A stretch of 64,000 nucleotides of DNA from positions 31,744,001 to 31,808,000 of the forward strand of contig NC_043001.1 of assembly GCF_006345805.1 (NCBI RefSeq), given 5' to 3'. Below the pieces are notes generated by a model. It saw only the letters and a list, made by a program, of their open reading frames with translations, made no database searches and was not told where the DNA came from. Of the stretch, positions 51,346 to 64,000 are shown one piece after another; position 1 is the first letter of the stretch, and every line of letters begins with the position of its first letter. A program made the position numbers and the translations under genes. Source of the stretch: Octopus sinensis (taxonomy: Eukaryota).

Positions 51346-51961
51346 TATGAATGAAATAATATCCTTCCTCCAAACCATATTATATATCAGATGCATCGAC
51401 TATTATAAGAACTTCATTTATTTTTAATATCTTTCTTCCAAACCATCCAGAATTTGTTAACTTTCTGTTTATAATGAATATTAAAGAGAAGAAATAACCG
51501 ATCCGTTTTAAATAATGTAAAACAAACAAGAAGAAAAAACAAGCGAAAATAATCAAACATTCTTACGTTCATCTGGTCTGGCTAAATTGGAATCAAAATG
51601 AAATTCTATTTGATTGGTCTAATTTCCTATTCTTACAAAATGACATATAACATAGCAGCAACTTCTTATTTCTATCAGAAGCTTTAGAACGAGAACATAT
51701 TGTTAAATAAAATATACAGATCTCGGTCAGAATTTCCGTCCATAAATTGTTAAGTTGTTTTATTGGCTGAACTACATATGGTCATTGAATTAGCGTGTAA
51801 GTATTCCACAGACACATGCACTCTTAACTGAAATCTTGAGAGACGATCAGTGAGACATAATGTGTGCCAAGGATCTTTGAAATGCTGATACATTCCATCC
51901 GACGAGCATCCACATAGCTCCCACTGAGCCTTTTCATTTTCCCTTACGAAGTTTGGGTAAA

Positions 51962-52345
51962 TCCTCATCATTGTTCGACCAATGATCGAGACAATGGAAT
52001 TTACTGTGCTACGCCAGACTTCACGGTCCATCATAGCAGGACGGAGGTCCTGTTGCTGGATGCCTGTATCCCTGGAGATTACATCAGAGTAGGAGATTGT
52101 GCGCCCTCTGGTATCGTGAGCAGATGACTTCCAGAGGAGAAGAGTAGAAATTACCTCGTTTTTAGCTCTGCAACAATGTCCAGCAAACTGGACTCTTCTA
52201 CCTTTCACAAGAGATGATACAGGTGGTAATTTCCCATATATTTGTACTTTGGTTGGATGACGCTTCCACGAGAGATCTTGAGCTCTCATAAGGAGGCGAG
52301 TGTAAGTTCCATCCAACCGCTTCTCAAGCTTCTTTGAAAACGGGT
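51962..52345 (-). mobile_element. RTE-clade LINE 3' end
   Basis: KRLDGTYTRLLMRAQDLSWKRH...RRVQFAGHCCR...AMMDREVWR. Confidence 0.9.
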
Positions 52346-52489
52346 AAATACGATGCTTTAATAAAATACGTTTGCCCAAGTTATCAACAGTGAGATCGAA
52401 ATCGAGGTCACATGATTGCGAAACGAACATCATAAATATTCAGCTACACTGCATCTAATTATGGTTAATGATTGATAATGTAGTCCCCC

Positions 52490-52860
52490 ACCCCTAGGAG
52501 GCTAAACATTGAGGGGACAAAAAGAACAGACAAAGGGGTTAAGTCGATTAATCGACCCCGAAAGGATGAAAGGCAGAGTCAACCTCAGCGGAATTTGAAC
52601 TCAGAACGTAGTGGCAGACGAAATATCTATTTCTTTACTACCCACAAAGGGCTAAACATAGAGGGGACAAACAAGGACAGACAAACGGATTAAGTCGATT
52701 ACATCGACCCCAGTGCGTAACTGGTACTTAATTTATCGACCCCGAAAGGATGAAAGGCAAAGTCGACCTCGGCGGAATTTGAACTGAGAACGTAGCGGCA
52801 GACGAAATACCGCCAAGCATTTCACCCGGCGCGCTAACGATTCTGCCAGCTCGCCACCCT
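52490..52860 (-). mobile_element. Composite family C SINE (old 3' half joined to young full copy at ~52627)
   Basis: Junction GACGAAATATC|TATTTCTTTACTACCC. Confidence 0.85.
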
Positions 52861-52919
52861 ATCATCGACTGTATATTTGAACTGAATGTTTGAATTTCTT
52901 CTTTAATTAGCCTCTCTAA

Positions 52920-53130
52920 TACAGGCACAAGGCCAAACATTTTACGAGGAAGGGATTGGTTAGTTACATCTAATTCAGTACTTGACTGGTTCTTATTACA
53001 TCGATCCCGAAAGGGTATAACGCAAGGTCGATTTCAGCGGAATCTGAACTGAAAATGTAATGCTGGAAGAAATTCCACTAAGCATTTTGTCCGGCTTGGT
53101 AAAGATTTCGCTAGCTCGCCGCCTTAGCTT
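52920..53130 (-). mobile_element. Family C long-tail variant, degenerate
   Basis: GCACAAGGCC...ATCGATCCCGAAAG...CTCGCCGCCTT. Confidence 0.6.
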
Positions 53131-53164
53131 ATTCGCTAATTATGAAAAAGTATATCTAACACTA

Positions 53165-53464
53165 GTAGAAGCGCAGTGGCCCAGTGGTTAGGGCAGCGGA
53201 CTCGCGGTCGTAGGATCGCGGTTTCGATTCCCAGACCGGACGTTGTGTGTGTTTATTGAGCGAAAACACCTAAAAGCTCCACGGGCCCCGGCAGGGGTGG
53301 TGGCGACCCTTGTTGTACACTTTCGCCACAACTTTCTCTCACTCTCTCTTCCTGTTTCTTGACTAACGCTGCGATGGACTGGCGTCTCGTGCAGCAGGGA
53401 GGGACACATACGCCACAGAAACCGGGAAACCGGGCCCATGAGCCTAGCTAGACTTGAAAAGGGC
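53165..53464 (+). mobile_element. SINE family B (OR1-like), full length
   Basis: TGGCCCAGTGGTTAGG A box, GTTTCGATTCC B box, tail CTTGAAAAGGGC. Confidence 0.85.
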
Positions 53465-53669
53465 AACGTTTATCGTTACGTATATCTAACACTATAGGTG
53501 GTAGATGGCCACTATTAGTTAAGATGTGATTACCTACCTAGTTAAATTTCCGATGGAGTTTCTGTTCTTGTTTAAAACCATTTAAACTTAAGTTAAAAGA
53601 ATATGAAACTCCCGCATTCTCGTTTTCAGCAGGAATCAAAGAAGAAGAACTTTATATCTAATGACTAAA

Positions 53670-54105
53670 TATTAGTTCCAAATTTTGGCATTTAGCCAGT
53701 AATTACGGGGAAGCGGGTAGGTCGATTACATCGACCCCAGTGGTCAACTGATACATATTTTATCGACTCCGAAAAGATGAAAGGCAGAGTCGGTCCCAAC
53801 GGTATTAGGACTCAGAACGTAAGGTCGGAAGAAATATCGTTAAGCATTAAGCATTTTATCCAGCGTGGTAACGATTTCGCCAGCTCACCGCCTTAACCGA
53901 ATCTCTAAATATTTCTTTCAAGGGAGGGAATAAATCGATTAAATCTTCGCTAGTGATCAACTTTTATTTATTTTATCGTTCCCGAAAGGACGAAAGGCAA
54001 AGTCGACAACAGCGGCATTGGAACTCTGAATGTAAAGTCGAACGAAATGACGCTAAGATTTATTTCCGGCTAAGCATTATTTCTGCCAGCTCGCCGCCTT
54101 AACCT
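53670..54105 (-). mobile_element. Two tandem family C long-tail copies
   Basis: Two cores, each ending CCAGCTC(A/G)CCGCCTT. Confidence 0.7.
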
Positions 54106-54228
54106 GATCAATGGATATAGCGACTGGACATATAGGAAGTCTTCATCCATTTTTGTTTTCATTTCAAATCCCTCCTGATGAATGAAACAAAGTAACATAG
54201 CTATAATGGAGGTTGTGGCAGTCAACTA

Positions 54229-54766
54229 TCTTATAATAGTCGTACTTGTCACTCCCTTACTTAGACCGTCTGTAACGCATCCAGGTGATTAGTTGAAGTG
54301 GGAGAGGAGGGAGGGGAGATGGAAGGCGTGAGGGGAAGATGGGAGAGGTGGGGGAAGATGGGAGGAGGGAAGGGAGTGATAGAGGAGGGAGAGGTTGTGG
54401 TGTGTGAAATGTGTAATCTTTTAAAGTAATTTTTTCTCTCCGTTACTTAGCCCGTTCGTAACGCTTCCACGTGATCAGTTAAAGTGAAAGGAGAAGAGCG
54501 AAAGAAAAGCGAGAGAGAAAAAGTTCGTAAGGCAAAGAGGGAGAGTACTATGTGTTAAGTCTATAAAATTGAGCATAAAATATACAAAGTGCATTAAATA
54601 ATCATCATATTTCAGTTTTCTTCACTTTTGAATGATTAGCAGATAAGCGACTATCTTTTGATACAGACACAACACAGGCTACGCTTTCAGGTTTTTTGGA
54701 AAAGTCTTCAGAAATAACCCAATAAGTATACCATTAAATACGTGAAATATTCATGGGCCCCGCTAG
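54229..54766 (+). mobile_element. Non-autonomous Helitron, degenerate
   Basis: A|TCTTATAATA start; CGTGAA-ata-TTCATG hairpin; CTAG|T end; internal ~50-bp direct repeat. Confidence 0.55.
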
Positions 54767-55067
54767 TAATGTTTTAATGCAAAATTTATATCACTTTTAC
54801 ACAAGAAAATATATTTGCGAGGCAGATATATTTTCAGCGAATTAACTTAGTGACTCAGTTTCGTATTTAAGTTGTAGTCAGATCATCACTAATGTAATGG
54901 AATCAGTCATGAACATCACGGAATCTGACTTTTCATCTTTTATAAATCTGATGACTTCTGACGAAAAAATCCATGTATATGAAAGTTATGTTCCATTGTC
55001 TTTCTATTAAATTAGAAAATGTATTCATTGCTTGTAGTGTAACGTTGGTCAATGTTGACTATAAATA

Positions 55068-55587
55068 CCGTAAATCCTCGAGTATAGTCTGCCCTTGAGT
55101 ATAATACGCAGGGGATTTTTAGGGGGCTGTACCTCTGAAAAACCTAAACCTTGTGTATAATACGCACCCTTTCTCTAACTTGAGTCGTGCGTAATTAAGC
55201 CAGCAGCACCTAGTCGAACAAACACTTCTGTGCATGCGTAATACAATAATGGTGATGTTCTTAACTGTTATATGGGGATATAAAGATATTTGCAAATTGT
55301 TTTTGTTATATGTTATTCTGTGTTCTGAATACTTTTATTTTAATAAATGTTGCTTACTGCAAGTTATGGATTATACTTTTATGACTTCATTGCTTTCAGA
55401 CTTAGCTTAATGTATTTTCGCGCCCGACATCACAAAATGCATCTGAATAAACATTACTGGACAGTAAATAGAGACTCAGACATTGCTTAGAAACTATTTT
55501 TCATTTTTAACCTCGTATATATTACGCACTAGGGATTTTGACCTTAAATTTTGGGAAAAAATGCGGATTATATTCGAGGATTTATAG
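55068..55587. mobile_element. pogo/Tigger-like MITE
   Basis: TIRs CCGTAAATCCTCGAGTATAGTC / GATTATATTCGAGGATTTATAG with TA on both sides. Confidence 0.75.
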
Positions 55588-56596
55588 TACACACGAACTC
55601 ATAGGACTGGGCAATGCTTATGCTTGTAGTCTTCGTTTTTTTGCCACCATATTTATCCAAGGCAAAGGCCACTGACTTAGTCCAATAAAGCATGGCACAA
55701 GGTGACGTTTAAGGAAGGTAGCTGGAAAAGAGACGGCAAAGCTTCTCAGTGATTCGTTTGAATCTGAAAAAGCAATGCAGTATTTTTTTGGCTTTCGCAA
55801 TCAGAGTTCGAACCCTACCGAAGTTTTATTTACCTTTTCATCTTTCAAGGCTTGATAAAATAAAGTATCAGTAAAGTACTGGGGTAGAAATTACCAGCAA
55901 AATCTCATATCATATCCTAATGCCTTAAATATATATATATATATGTACATATACACATACTTGCAAAACGTCTGGATAAAGATGGGTTGATCACGTCTGA
56001 ACATATCAGATCACAGGTTTGCTTAATTATGGAAGATATCAGGCTAAAAAAAAATGAAAGCAAAACAAATACAAACACCCACAGTCCGACCCCAACAACA
56101 CCAACACCAACACCAACAACAACAACTGCAGCATTTATTTTTTTGTTTACTTCCAAACAGCATCGCGGAGACACTGATGGGTGAGCTGTTTGAAACATCG
56201 CAGCTAAGCATAAAAAAACTATCGTAAGTAATGGTAAGTAATGGAAAATTTTATTAAAATATTTAAGAGGTAATCTACACAACACAGCGCTCATAACTGC
56301 AAAAGTAAGTACTCTATTATATTTTATTGCAAATAGAAATAGTTTGAAATGATGTCTATGTATAAATTTACATTTTTATATTCTGCTTATAACTTAAATT
56401 AGACGAATTAAAATGAGACAATTTTGCATCCAATTTTATTTTCTTAATGTAAATTCTAAGCGTATCCCCTTTTTTATTTTTAAGATTGTAACATATACCC
56501 ACTTAATACTTAGTGCGAGATACATACATACATACATACATACATACAAACATACATATATACATACATACATATATACATACATATATATATAGT

Positions 56597-56798
56597 AATA
56601 AAAATCCTTGGATGAAATTTATAAATATTTTAATGCATCGCTACGCGCGTTTCCACATATCGCATATTTCTTAAGATCATAATCCGTACTCCTAGGATGA
56701 TTGCAATGCAGTTCATAGTATCCCTGGGCATCGGGTAAATGTATGCATTACTTCGGGCGATATAAAATATTTGTAAATTCCATCCAAAGATTATTATT
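56597..56798. mobile_element. MITE-like element with ~36-bp TIRs
   Basis: AATAAAAATCCTTGGATGAAATTTATAAATATTTTA vs reverse complement of 56763-56798. Confidence 0.65.
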
Positions 56799-56959
56799 AT
56801 TATTACTATAGCCTACATTATATCGACACAGATCAGTGCGACCCCAAGGAACTGGTTTCGCCAGTTGGCTTTATTAGGCTGTAGCTGGCATAAGAGAATA
56901 GGAGCTTTTATAGGCATATTCAAAACGTTTCCTATAAATGAACTTAAAGGATATATATA

Positions 56960-57380
56960 TAGGCGCAGGATTGGCTGTGCGGTAAGTAGTTTGCTTACCA
57001 ACCACATGGTTCTGGGTTCAGTCCCATTGCATAACACCTTGGGCAAGTGTCTTCTACTATAGCTTCGGGCCGACCAAAGCCTTGTGAGTGGATTTGGTAG
57101 ACGAAACTGAAAGAATCCCGTCGTATATATGTATATATAGTATATATATATGTGTGTATATATGTTTGTGTGTCTGTGTTTGTGCCCCCCCCCATTGCTT
57201 GAAAACTGATGCTGGTGTGTTTACCTCCCCGTAACTAAGCACTTCGGCAAAATAAAGAAAACTGATAGACTAAGTACTAGGCTTACAAAGAATAAGTCCT
57301 GGAGTCGATTTCCTCGACTAAAGACGGTGCTCCAGCATGACCGCAGTCAAATGACTGAAAGAAGTAAAAGAGTAAAAGAG
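56960..57380 (+). mobile_element. SINE family A
   Basis: Near-consensus. Confidence 0.9.
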
Positions 57381-57421
57381 AGAGAGAGAGAGTAAGAGTA
57401 TATGTACACACACACACACAC

Positions 57422-57462
<41 letters not shown>

Positions 57463-57625
57463 GCTGCAGGCATAGCTTTCCATTTCAGAAGATCGCTTTG
57501 GGAACAGGTGGTTTCGGCTACGCTTCCACTGCGTGCTACCTTGGGTCAGTGCCTTCTACAATACCCCTGGGTCGATTAATGTCTTGTGAGTGAATTTGGT
57601 ATACATAAACTGTGTGGAAGTCCGC

Positions 57626-57657
<32 letters not shown>

Positions 57658-58022
57658 TGTGTGAGTGTGTGTGTGAGTGAGTGCGTGTGCATATGTAGCG
57701 GTTCAACAGAACAGACGACCGAATTGATCGAGAATACCATTCAAAGCGGTACCCCAACACGGCTGCAGTCCGATGCCTAGAATAAGTTAAAAACAAAAAC
57801 AAAACAACGAGAAAGTATTTTACATCCATCAGTCTGAGATTGTTATGTGAACAGATGCACTGAGTTGGGTGTATGCATCGGCAGTACAGCCAAAGACACC
57901 AACTCAACTACATATTTACAAACGCCCAGGATCTCTCTTAACTCAATAAAGTCTTGTCGCTTTGTTAGCTTGCCGGTTTGAAGTCTTTCAAGAAAAACTT
58001 AACTTAAACTCAAAGAAAAATC

Positions 58023-58056
<34 letters not shown>

Positions 58057-58089
58057 CATACACATATATGTACACGCAGACACACACAC

Positions 58090-58262
58090 ACACATATATG
58101 TATACTTTGTGTGTCTGTGTTTGTCCCCACCAACATCGCTTGACAACCGATGGTGGTGTCTTTACCCCACCCCCCCATCACTTAGCGGTTCGGCAAGAGA
58201 GACCGATAGAATAAGTACTAGGCTTACAAAGAATAAGTCCTGGGGTCGATTCGCTCGACTAA
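58090..58262 (+). mobile_element. SINE family A 3' half
   Basis: CGCTTGACAACCGATG...GGGGTCGATTCGCTCGACTAA. Confidence 0.8.
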
Positions 58263-58346
58263 ACAAATAAAAGCAAAATAAAAGAATATATGTAATATAT
58301 ATATATATATATATATATTATTATATATATATAATATATATATATA

Positions 58347-58399
<53 letters not shown>

Positions 58400-58405
58400 A
58401 TAATA

Positions 58406-58461
<56 letters not shown>

Positions 58462-58709
58462 TGAATGTACACACACACATATACTTTAATAGATTTCGGT
58501 CAGTATTGGCCCAGGCCATGTCTAACTTAATAGCACCACAAAGTTTTCCACAAATTCCATTTCGTGCAGTAGATTGTCGCGATCACCTGTATCGTAGTCA
58601 TTTCCGATATTAAAATATATAAAATCACTGTCCGAGCCCTCCCCACAAACTCTTCGGAATTTCATCAAAGAGAAGCAGAAGCCATACTGACAGGAATTGA
58701 GGTCACTGG

Positions 58710-58812
<103 letters not shown>

Positions 58813-59098
58813 GCTTGTCTGCTTGCCTGCCTGTCTGTCTGTCTAGGTATATTTATTTGTTTCTTTATTATTTATTATTCTTATACAAGAAAGTTCTTGA
58901 TAGTTACTTCTAAGTTTCGGCCAGCTAACCTATCGTTGGACTAATATAAAATAGGCATTATAATAAATGAACATAAACACAAATATTAAAACACACACAC
59001 ACACAACACACACACACACACGGTCACACATATATATACATACACACACTCACTCACACACGCTCACATATATATATATACATACATAAATGTATACG

Positions 59099-59172
<74 letters not shown>

Positions 59173-59282
59173 GGTTATCCGTAATAATGAAGGGTGAATT
59201 AATTAATTTGGAATAATTATCAATTACACCAATAGTCTTCGGCATGTAAAAGCCTCATCGAGGAAAATTTAAGTAATACTAC

Positions 59283-59447
59283 GCAATAAAGGGTTTAGCA
59301 ACGAATTGCCTTACCACATACCGAATTTAGAAATAGCAGTCAAAGAGTTATAGCTATTTCTTCTACGAAGAAATAGCTATAACTCTTTGACTGCTATTTC
59401 TAAATTCGGTATGTGGTAAGGCAATTCGTTGCTAAACCCTTTATTGC
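59283..59447. repeat. Perfect palindrome with 81-bp arms and 3-nt loop
   Basis: No mismatch found by eye; loop TAC 59364-59366. Confidence 0.95.
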
Positions 59448-59633
59448 TTAGTATATATATATATATATATATTCTATCTAAAAGTTCGGTATGTGGTAAA
59501 GCAAATTTTTTTGCTGAACCCTAATTATATAAAGTATGTTATATACATACATACATCATACATACATACATACATACATACAACACATATATATATAGCT
59601 ATGCATGTATATATGTATGCATGTATGTATATT

Positions 59634-59665
<32 letters not shown>

Positions 59666-59676
59666 CATATATATAT

Positions 59677-59860
59677 AGCGAGAAAGAAGCACAAGAATGG
59701 ATAGGTATTTAGTACGATCGTTTCAACAAGGACAGGTTTTATTAAAAGTTTTATTAAAAGTTTTATTAAAAGTTTTATTAAAAGTTTTATTAATAAAACC
59801 TGTCCTTGTATGAAACGTATCGTACTAATACCTATCCATTCTTGTTGCTTCTTTCTCGCT
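59677..59860. repeat. Fold-back with ~68-bp arms and central 12-mer tandem array
   Basis: Arms AGCGAGAAAGAAGC...GACAGGTTTTATTA; (GTTTTATTAAAA) x ~4.8. Confidence 0.9.
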
Positions 59861-59978
59861 TATATCACCCCACATTACTGTATTGTTAAATCAGTATAGT
59901 GTTTTTTTTGGTGCATCTAAGTTAGGTACCATATTCAAGTAAATTTTTTAAAATTACTTGAATCTTATTGCTCTTTGC

Positions 59979-60014
<36 letters not shown>

Positions 60015-60341
60015 GTATATATATTATATATATATACACACTATATATTATATACATATATATTACGCATATATGTATGCATATATTGTATGCATGTATG
60101 TATATTTATATATATATACATACATGCATTACATATTTGGAAGCAACAGGTTCGTGATCGGATCCCTCCTTAATATAGTGGCCGCACAAATGATAGATAT
60201 ATCCTTTAAATCCAGTGAATGAGTTTATTTTTCTATCTCCAGTTGGTGTCTACATAACTATAATGTTTAATAACGTTTTCAGAAACCGACAGAAGTGCGC
60301 ACGCATACAACATCAAAGGCACGTATACACATATACATATC

Positions 60342-60344
<3 letters not shown>

Positions 60345-60373
<29 letters not shown>

Positions 60374-60840
60374 CATGCATGTATGTATGCATGTATGTAT
60401 GTATGTATGTATGTATGTATGTATGTATGTATGTATGTATGTATGTATGTATGTATGCATGTATGTATGCATGTATGTATGTATGTATGTATGTATGTAT
60501 GTATGTATGTATGTATGCATGCATGCATGTATGCATGCATGCATGTATGTATTCATGTATGTATGTATGTATGTATGTATGTATGTATGTATGTATGTAT
60601 GTATGTATGTATGCATGTATGTATGCATGCATGAATGTATGTATGTATGTATGTATGTATGTATGTGTGTGTCTGTGTGTATGTATGTGTGTGTGTGTAT
60701 GTATGTATGTGTTTGTATATATGTATGTATTTATATGCATGTATGCATGTATGTAAGTATGCATGCATGCATGTATGTATGTATATAGTATGTATGTATG
60801 TATGTATGCATGTATGTACATATGTATGTGTGTATGTGCA
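60345..60840. repeat. (TATG)n array
   Basis: Direct reading. Confidence 0.95.
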
Positions 60841-61077
60841 TGTGTGTGAGTGAGTGTTTATATCCAAAATTCTGTATGCAAACGTATGTTGCGTATAATC
60901 ATACATCCGTATCGCTGTTTTTTTTTTCGGTAAATATAAAATATTTTACGTATATAGGCAAAAAAAAAGAAAAATATTAAAGATAGAGAGAGAGAGAGAG
61001 AGAGGGAGAAAGAGAAAGCGCCTGAGAAGTAAAAGACGAGAAAAGAAAGAAGAAAAGAAAGAGGAAAAGAAAATAAT

Positions 61078-61117
61078 ATTGATAATGATGATGATGATGA
61101 TAATGATTATGATGATG

Positions 61118-61162
<45 letters not shown>

Positions 61163-61342
61163 GTAATGATGATATATAATGATTATGATGATAATGATTA
61201 TGATGATGATAATAATGATTATGATGATGATGATATAATAATAATAATATAATAATATAATAATAATAATAATAGTAATGATGATATAATAATGATTATG
61301 ATGATAATGATTATGATGATGATAATAATGATTATGATGATG

Positions 61343-61390
<48 letters not shown>

Positions 61391-61458
61391 GTAATGATGA
61401 TATAATAATGATTATGATGATAATGATTATGATGATGATAATAATGATTATGATGATG

Positions 61459-61494
<36 letters not shown>

Positions 61495-61562
61495 GTAATG
61501 ATGATATAATAATGATTATGATGATAATGATTATGATGATGATAATAATGATTATGATGATG

Positions 61563-61612
<50 letters not shown>
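61078..61612. repeat. (TAA)/(TGA) microsatellite with ~104-116-bp higher-order unit
   Basis: TAGTAATGATGATATA at 61161, 61273, 61389, 61493. Confidence 0.9.
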
Positions 61613-61819
61613 CTTTGCAAAGGAGCACACGGGAAGGACGACGGCTTGTTGGCATGGCTAATCTCTAGGAAAGGTCACTTGCACTTTAAGTCTCAGCAAG
61701 TTTCAACACTGCTGTTGCCGACCAAAATGCTGCATCACAGGCAGCGACAACAATGGAAGAACTAAGAACTACACGGCAACAGTGAGCAGCGTCGATGGAA
61801 GGATGTGGCACCGGCATCA

Positions 61820-61956
61820 GTCATCATCATCATCGTCATCATTACCATTATCAGTATCAGCAACATCGGTACCGTTATCATCATCATCATCATCATCATA
61901 GTAACCATTGTCATCATAGGCATTCGTCGTCATCGTCATCATCATCATCGTCATCG

Positions 61957-61990
<34 letters not shown>

Positions 61991-62256
61991 AGTAACCATT
62001 GTCATCATAGGCATTCGTCGTCGTCATCATCATCGTCATCGTCGTCATCATCGTTATCATCGTTATCATCATCATCGTCATCATCATCATCATCATCATC
62101 ATCGTCATCGTCATCGTCGTCATCATCATCATCGTCATCGTCATCGAAGTCATCGTCGTCGTCATCATCATCGTCATCATCGGCGCAAGAAGAGAAAGCA
62201 ACAACGGTAGCAGTGCAGTTGCATCAGTTTATAGTTATAACAACAATACAAACACC

Positions 62257-62288
<32 letters not shown>

Positions 62289-62760
62289 CAGCAGCAACAA
62301 TAACCACCAGCATCACGACAACAACAATAGCAAGAGAAGCAATATGTGCAATAGCAACAGCAGCAGCAGCAGTAGCGGCGGCAGTAACAGCAGCAGCAGC
62401 TGCTGCTGTTTCTGCAGCAAGCAGCTTGGGTACAGCGGCAGTGGTCGATGGTGGCGCTGATGGTGGTGGTGGTGGTGGGGAAAAGCCAGAGTCAGACAGA
62501 GAGGTAGCAAGTGCCTGGTGTTGCTTGTTGTTTTCATCGCCGTGGTGATGAAGTGGAGATGGTAGTGGTGGTGGTGGTGGTGGTGGTGGCGACGGTCTGG
62601 ATTGTTGCTTATGGTGATGTTTTGGTGTGTAATTGTTGTTGTTGTTGTTGATATTGTTGACAGTGGACAAAATTGATAGTCGACGGTGACGTTGACGATA
62701 ATTGCGACGAAATTAACAACAACAATAACATTATTATTATTGTTTGTTGCTTATATTATT
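61820..62760. repeat. Mosaic trinucleotide low-complexity tract (CAT, CGT, CAC, CAA, CAG, GGT, GTT)
   Basis: Direct reading; 32-bp block duplicated at 61900 and 61991. Confidence 0.85.
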
Positions 62761-62779
62761 GTTATCATTATTGGCTGAG

Positions 62780-63300
62780 TTAGTAGCGCATGGCCATCAA
62801 AGTGACACTGGGGTACAAATATCCAAAGCCCAATATACCCATCATGACTACCCGTTTGATAAGGGTACATCAGGCGCATTTATAACAGCCTTATGTGCGC
62901 GACACGGTGACCTGATATCAAGATAAACAGCGCATGACCTTGCAGGTGGAGCCCAGTTGGAATTTTCTTCTGGTCGAGAAGCCCATCCCACTGAAAAGAT
63001 CCCTGAATAAGGGATATAAATCTAAATTTTCCAGAGATGAATTGTTCAAGCCACAAAAAATACCTCTCAACACATGGCTATGATGCTCCCCAACTTACTT
63101 CTGCTCATAACCAGAGATGCACATACCGTCAGCTGCTAAGGGACATACTCAACTGGTTATGGTCAAACAACTGATAGGCAAATCTGTGTTATTGTGAAGA
63201 ATATTTGCTGTAGCCCATCTTTTAGAGCAAACAAAAACAACTACATGACAACACTTCCAGTCACTTAAGATCAAAAGCCATGAGAGCCACTACATCAGGA
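62780..63300. repeat. Dispersed repeat family D
   Basis: Colinear with 63645-64000 (GACCTTGCAGGTGGAGCCCAGTT..AATTTTCTTC). Confidence 0.75.
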
Positions 63301-63329
63301 CATTATAATACAACAGTACTGTTCAACTT

Positions 63330-63610
63330 TTGGTAGTTTCAGGCAAATTTCTACTGCTTCACCTGCTGCACATCCATGTTGCTGTGGTGTGTGCAGCATT
63401 GAGTGTTCTTTTTTGTTGGAAATGTGCAAACTCTTCCCGGCAATATATTGCATCAGATTTTTTTGAGGTGTGGTGCAGTCATTTGTTGTATTAGAATTTG
63501 TATTGTGTGTGTAAACCGTTGGGTAATCGGATTGCTGGTGGTAGTTTATTTCATTGGATATTTACTGTATAGAGTTTGCCTTGGGTTTGAGGATTTTGTT
63601 TAGGTTGTTG
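63330..63610 (-). mobile_element. Possible R4/Dong RT relic
   Basis: Weak PIT...HLKKI*CNILP and QHGCAAG similarity to RPITCL...NILPEEQKGC. Confidence 0.3.
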
Positions 63611-63644
63611 TTATTATCATTATTATTATTATTGGGCGAGAGAG

Positions 63645-64000
63645 CAGAGCGTGCCATCAAAGTGATACTGGGGTAAAATATACGAATACCAGTATACCCA
63701 TCACCACTACATGTCTGATAAGGGTATACTAGGCACATGCATCACAATCATATGTGTGCGACATGGTGACCTTGCAGGTGGAGCCCAGTTAGAATTTTCT
63801 TCAGGTCGAGTAGCCCATCCCACTCAAATAGTCCTTGAATAAGGATTGTTTAAGAGGTAAATTATTCAAATTCCCCCCACTAATTCTGCTCGTGATCAGA
63901 GATGCACATATCGTAAACCACCGAAGGATATGCTCAACTGGTTAAGATCGAACAACTGTGGTATTGAGCAGAATATTTACTGTAGCCCATCTTTTATACC
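63645..64000. repeat. Dispersed repeat family D, cut by window end
   Basis: Second copy, preceded by (ATT)n. Confidence 0.75.

Noticed and set aside
53165-53245. tRNA gene
   Set aside because: A/B boxes present but the cloverleaf is broken and it continues into a SINE body
58530-58680. Short minus frame ...GEGSDSDFIYFNIGNDYDTGDRDNLLHEMEFVENF
   Set aside because: Under 60 aa, no clear splice sites or motif
59230-59265. Hammerhead-like CUCGAUGA-GGC...GCC-GAAG (minus); similar decayed motif at 29335-29365
   Set aside because: Core has indels; at most dead relics
59736-59793. CRISPR-like or telomeric array
   Set aside because: No spacers, eukaryotic context, and not a G-rich telomere repeat

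Overview
AT-rich, repeat-saturated metazoan non-coding DNA. The SINE families, (TA)n/(CA)n/(TACA)n/(TAA)n density and LINE repertoire suggest an Octopus genome (inference, no search run). No intact host gene, rRNA, tRNA gene or CRISPR array is supportable; nearly all listed ORFs are translations of microsatellites or SINEs. Content: dozens of tRNA-derived SINEs, which I label families A, B and C; relics of R4/Dong, RTE, CR1/L2 and Penelope-like (PLE) retroelements; Tc1/mariner and pogo fragments and MITEs; four non-autonomous Helitrons. Most interesting: (1) several minimal hammerhead-ribozyme folds in PLE-like or fold-back elements, including a twice-present C3U/G8A compensatory core; (2) at least seven near-perfect palindromes; (3) a ~640-bp-arm inverted duplication holding an exon-like segment; (4) SINE-in-SINE junctions at one shared internal site in three loci; (5) five R4/Dong fragments stacked in (TAA)n; (6) a LINE end with a 72-bp target duplication; (7) a SINE-bounded tandem triplication. 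Coordinates were read by eye and element edges are approximate.
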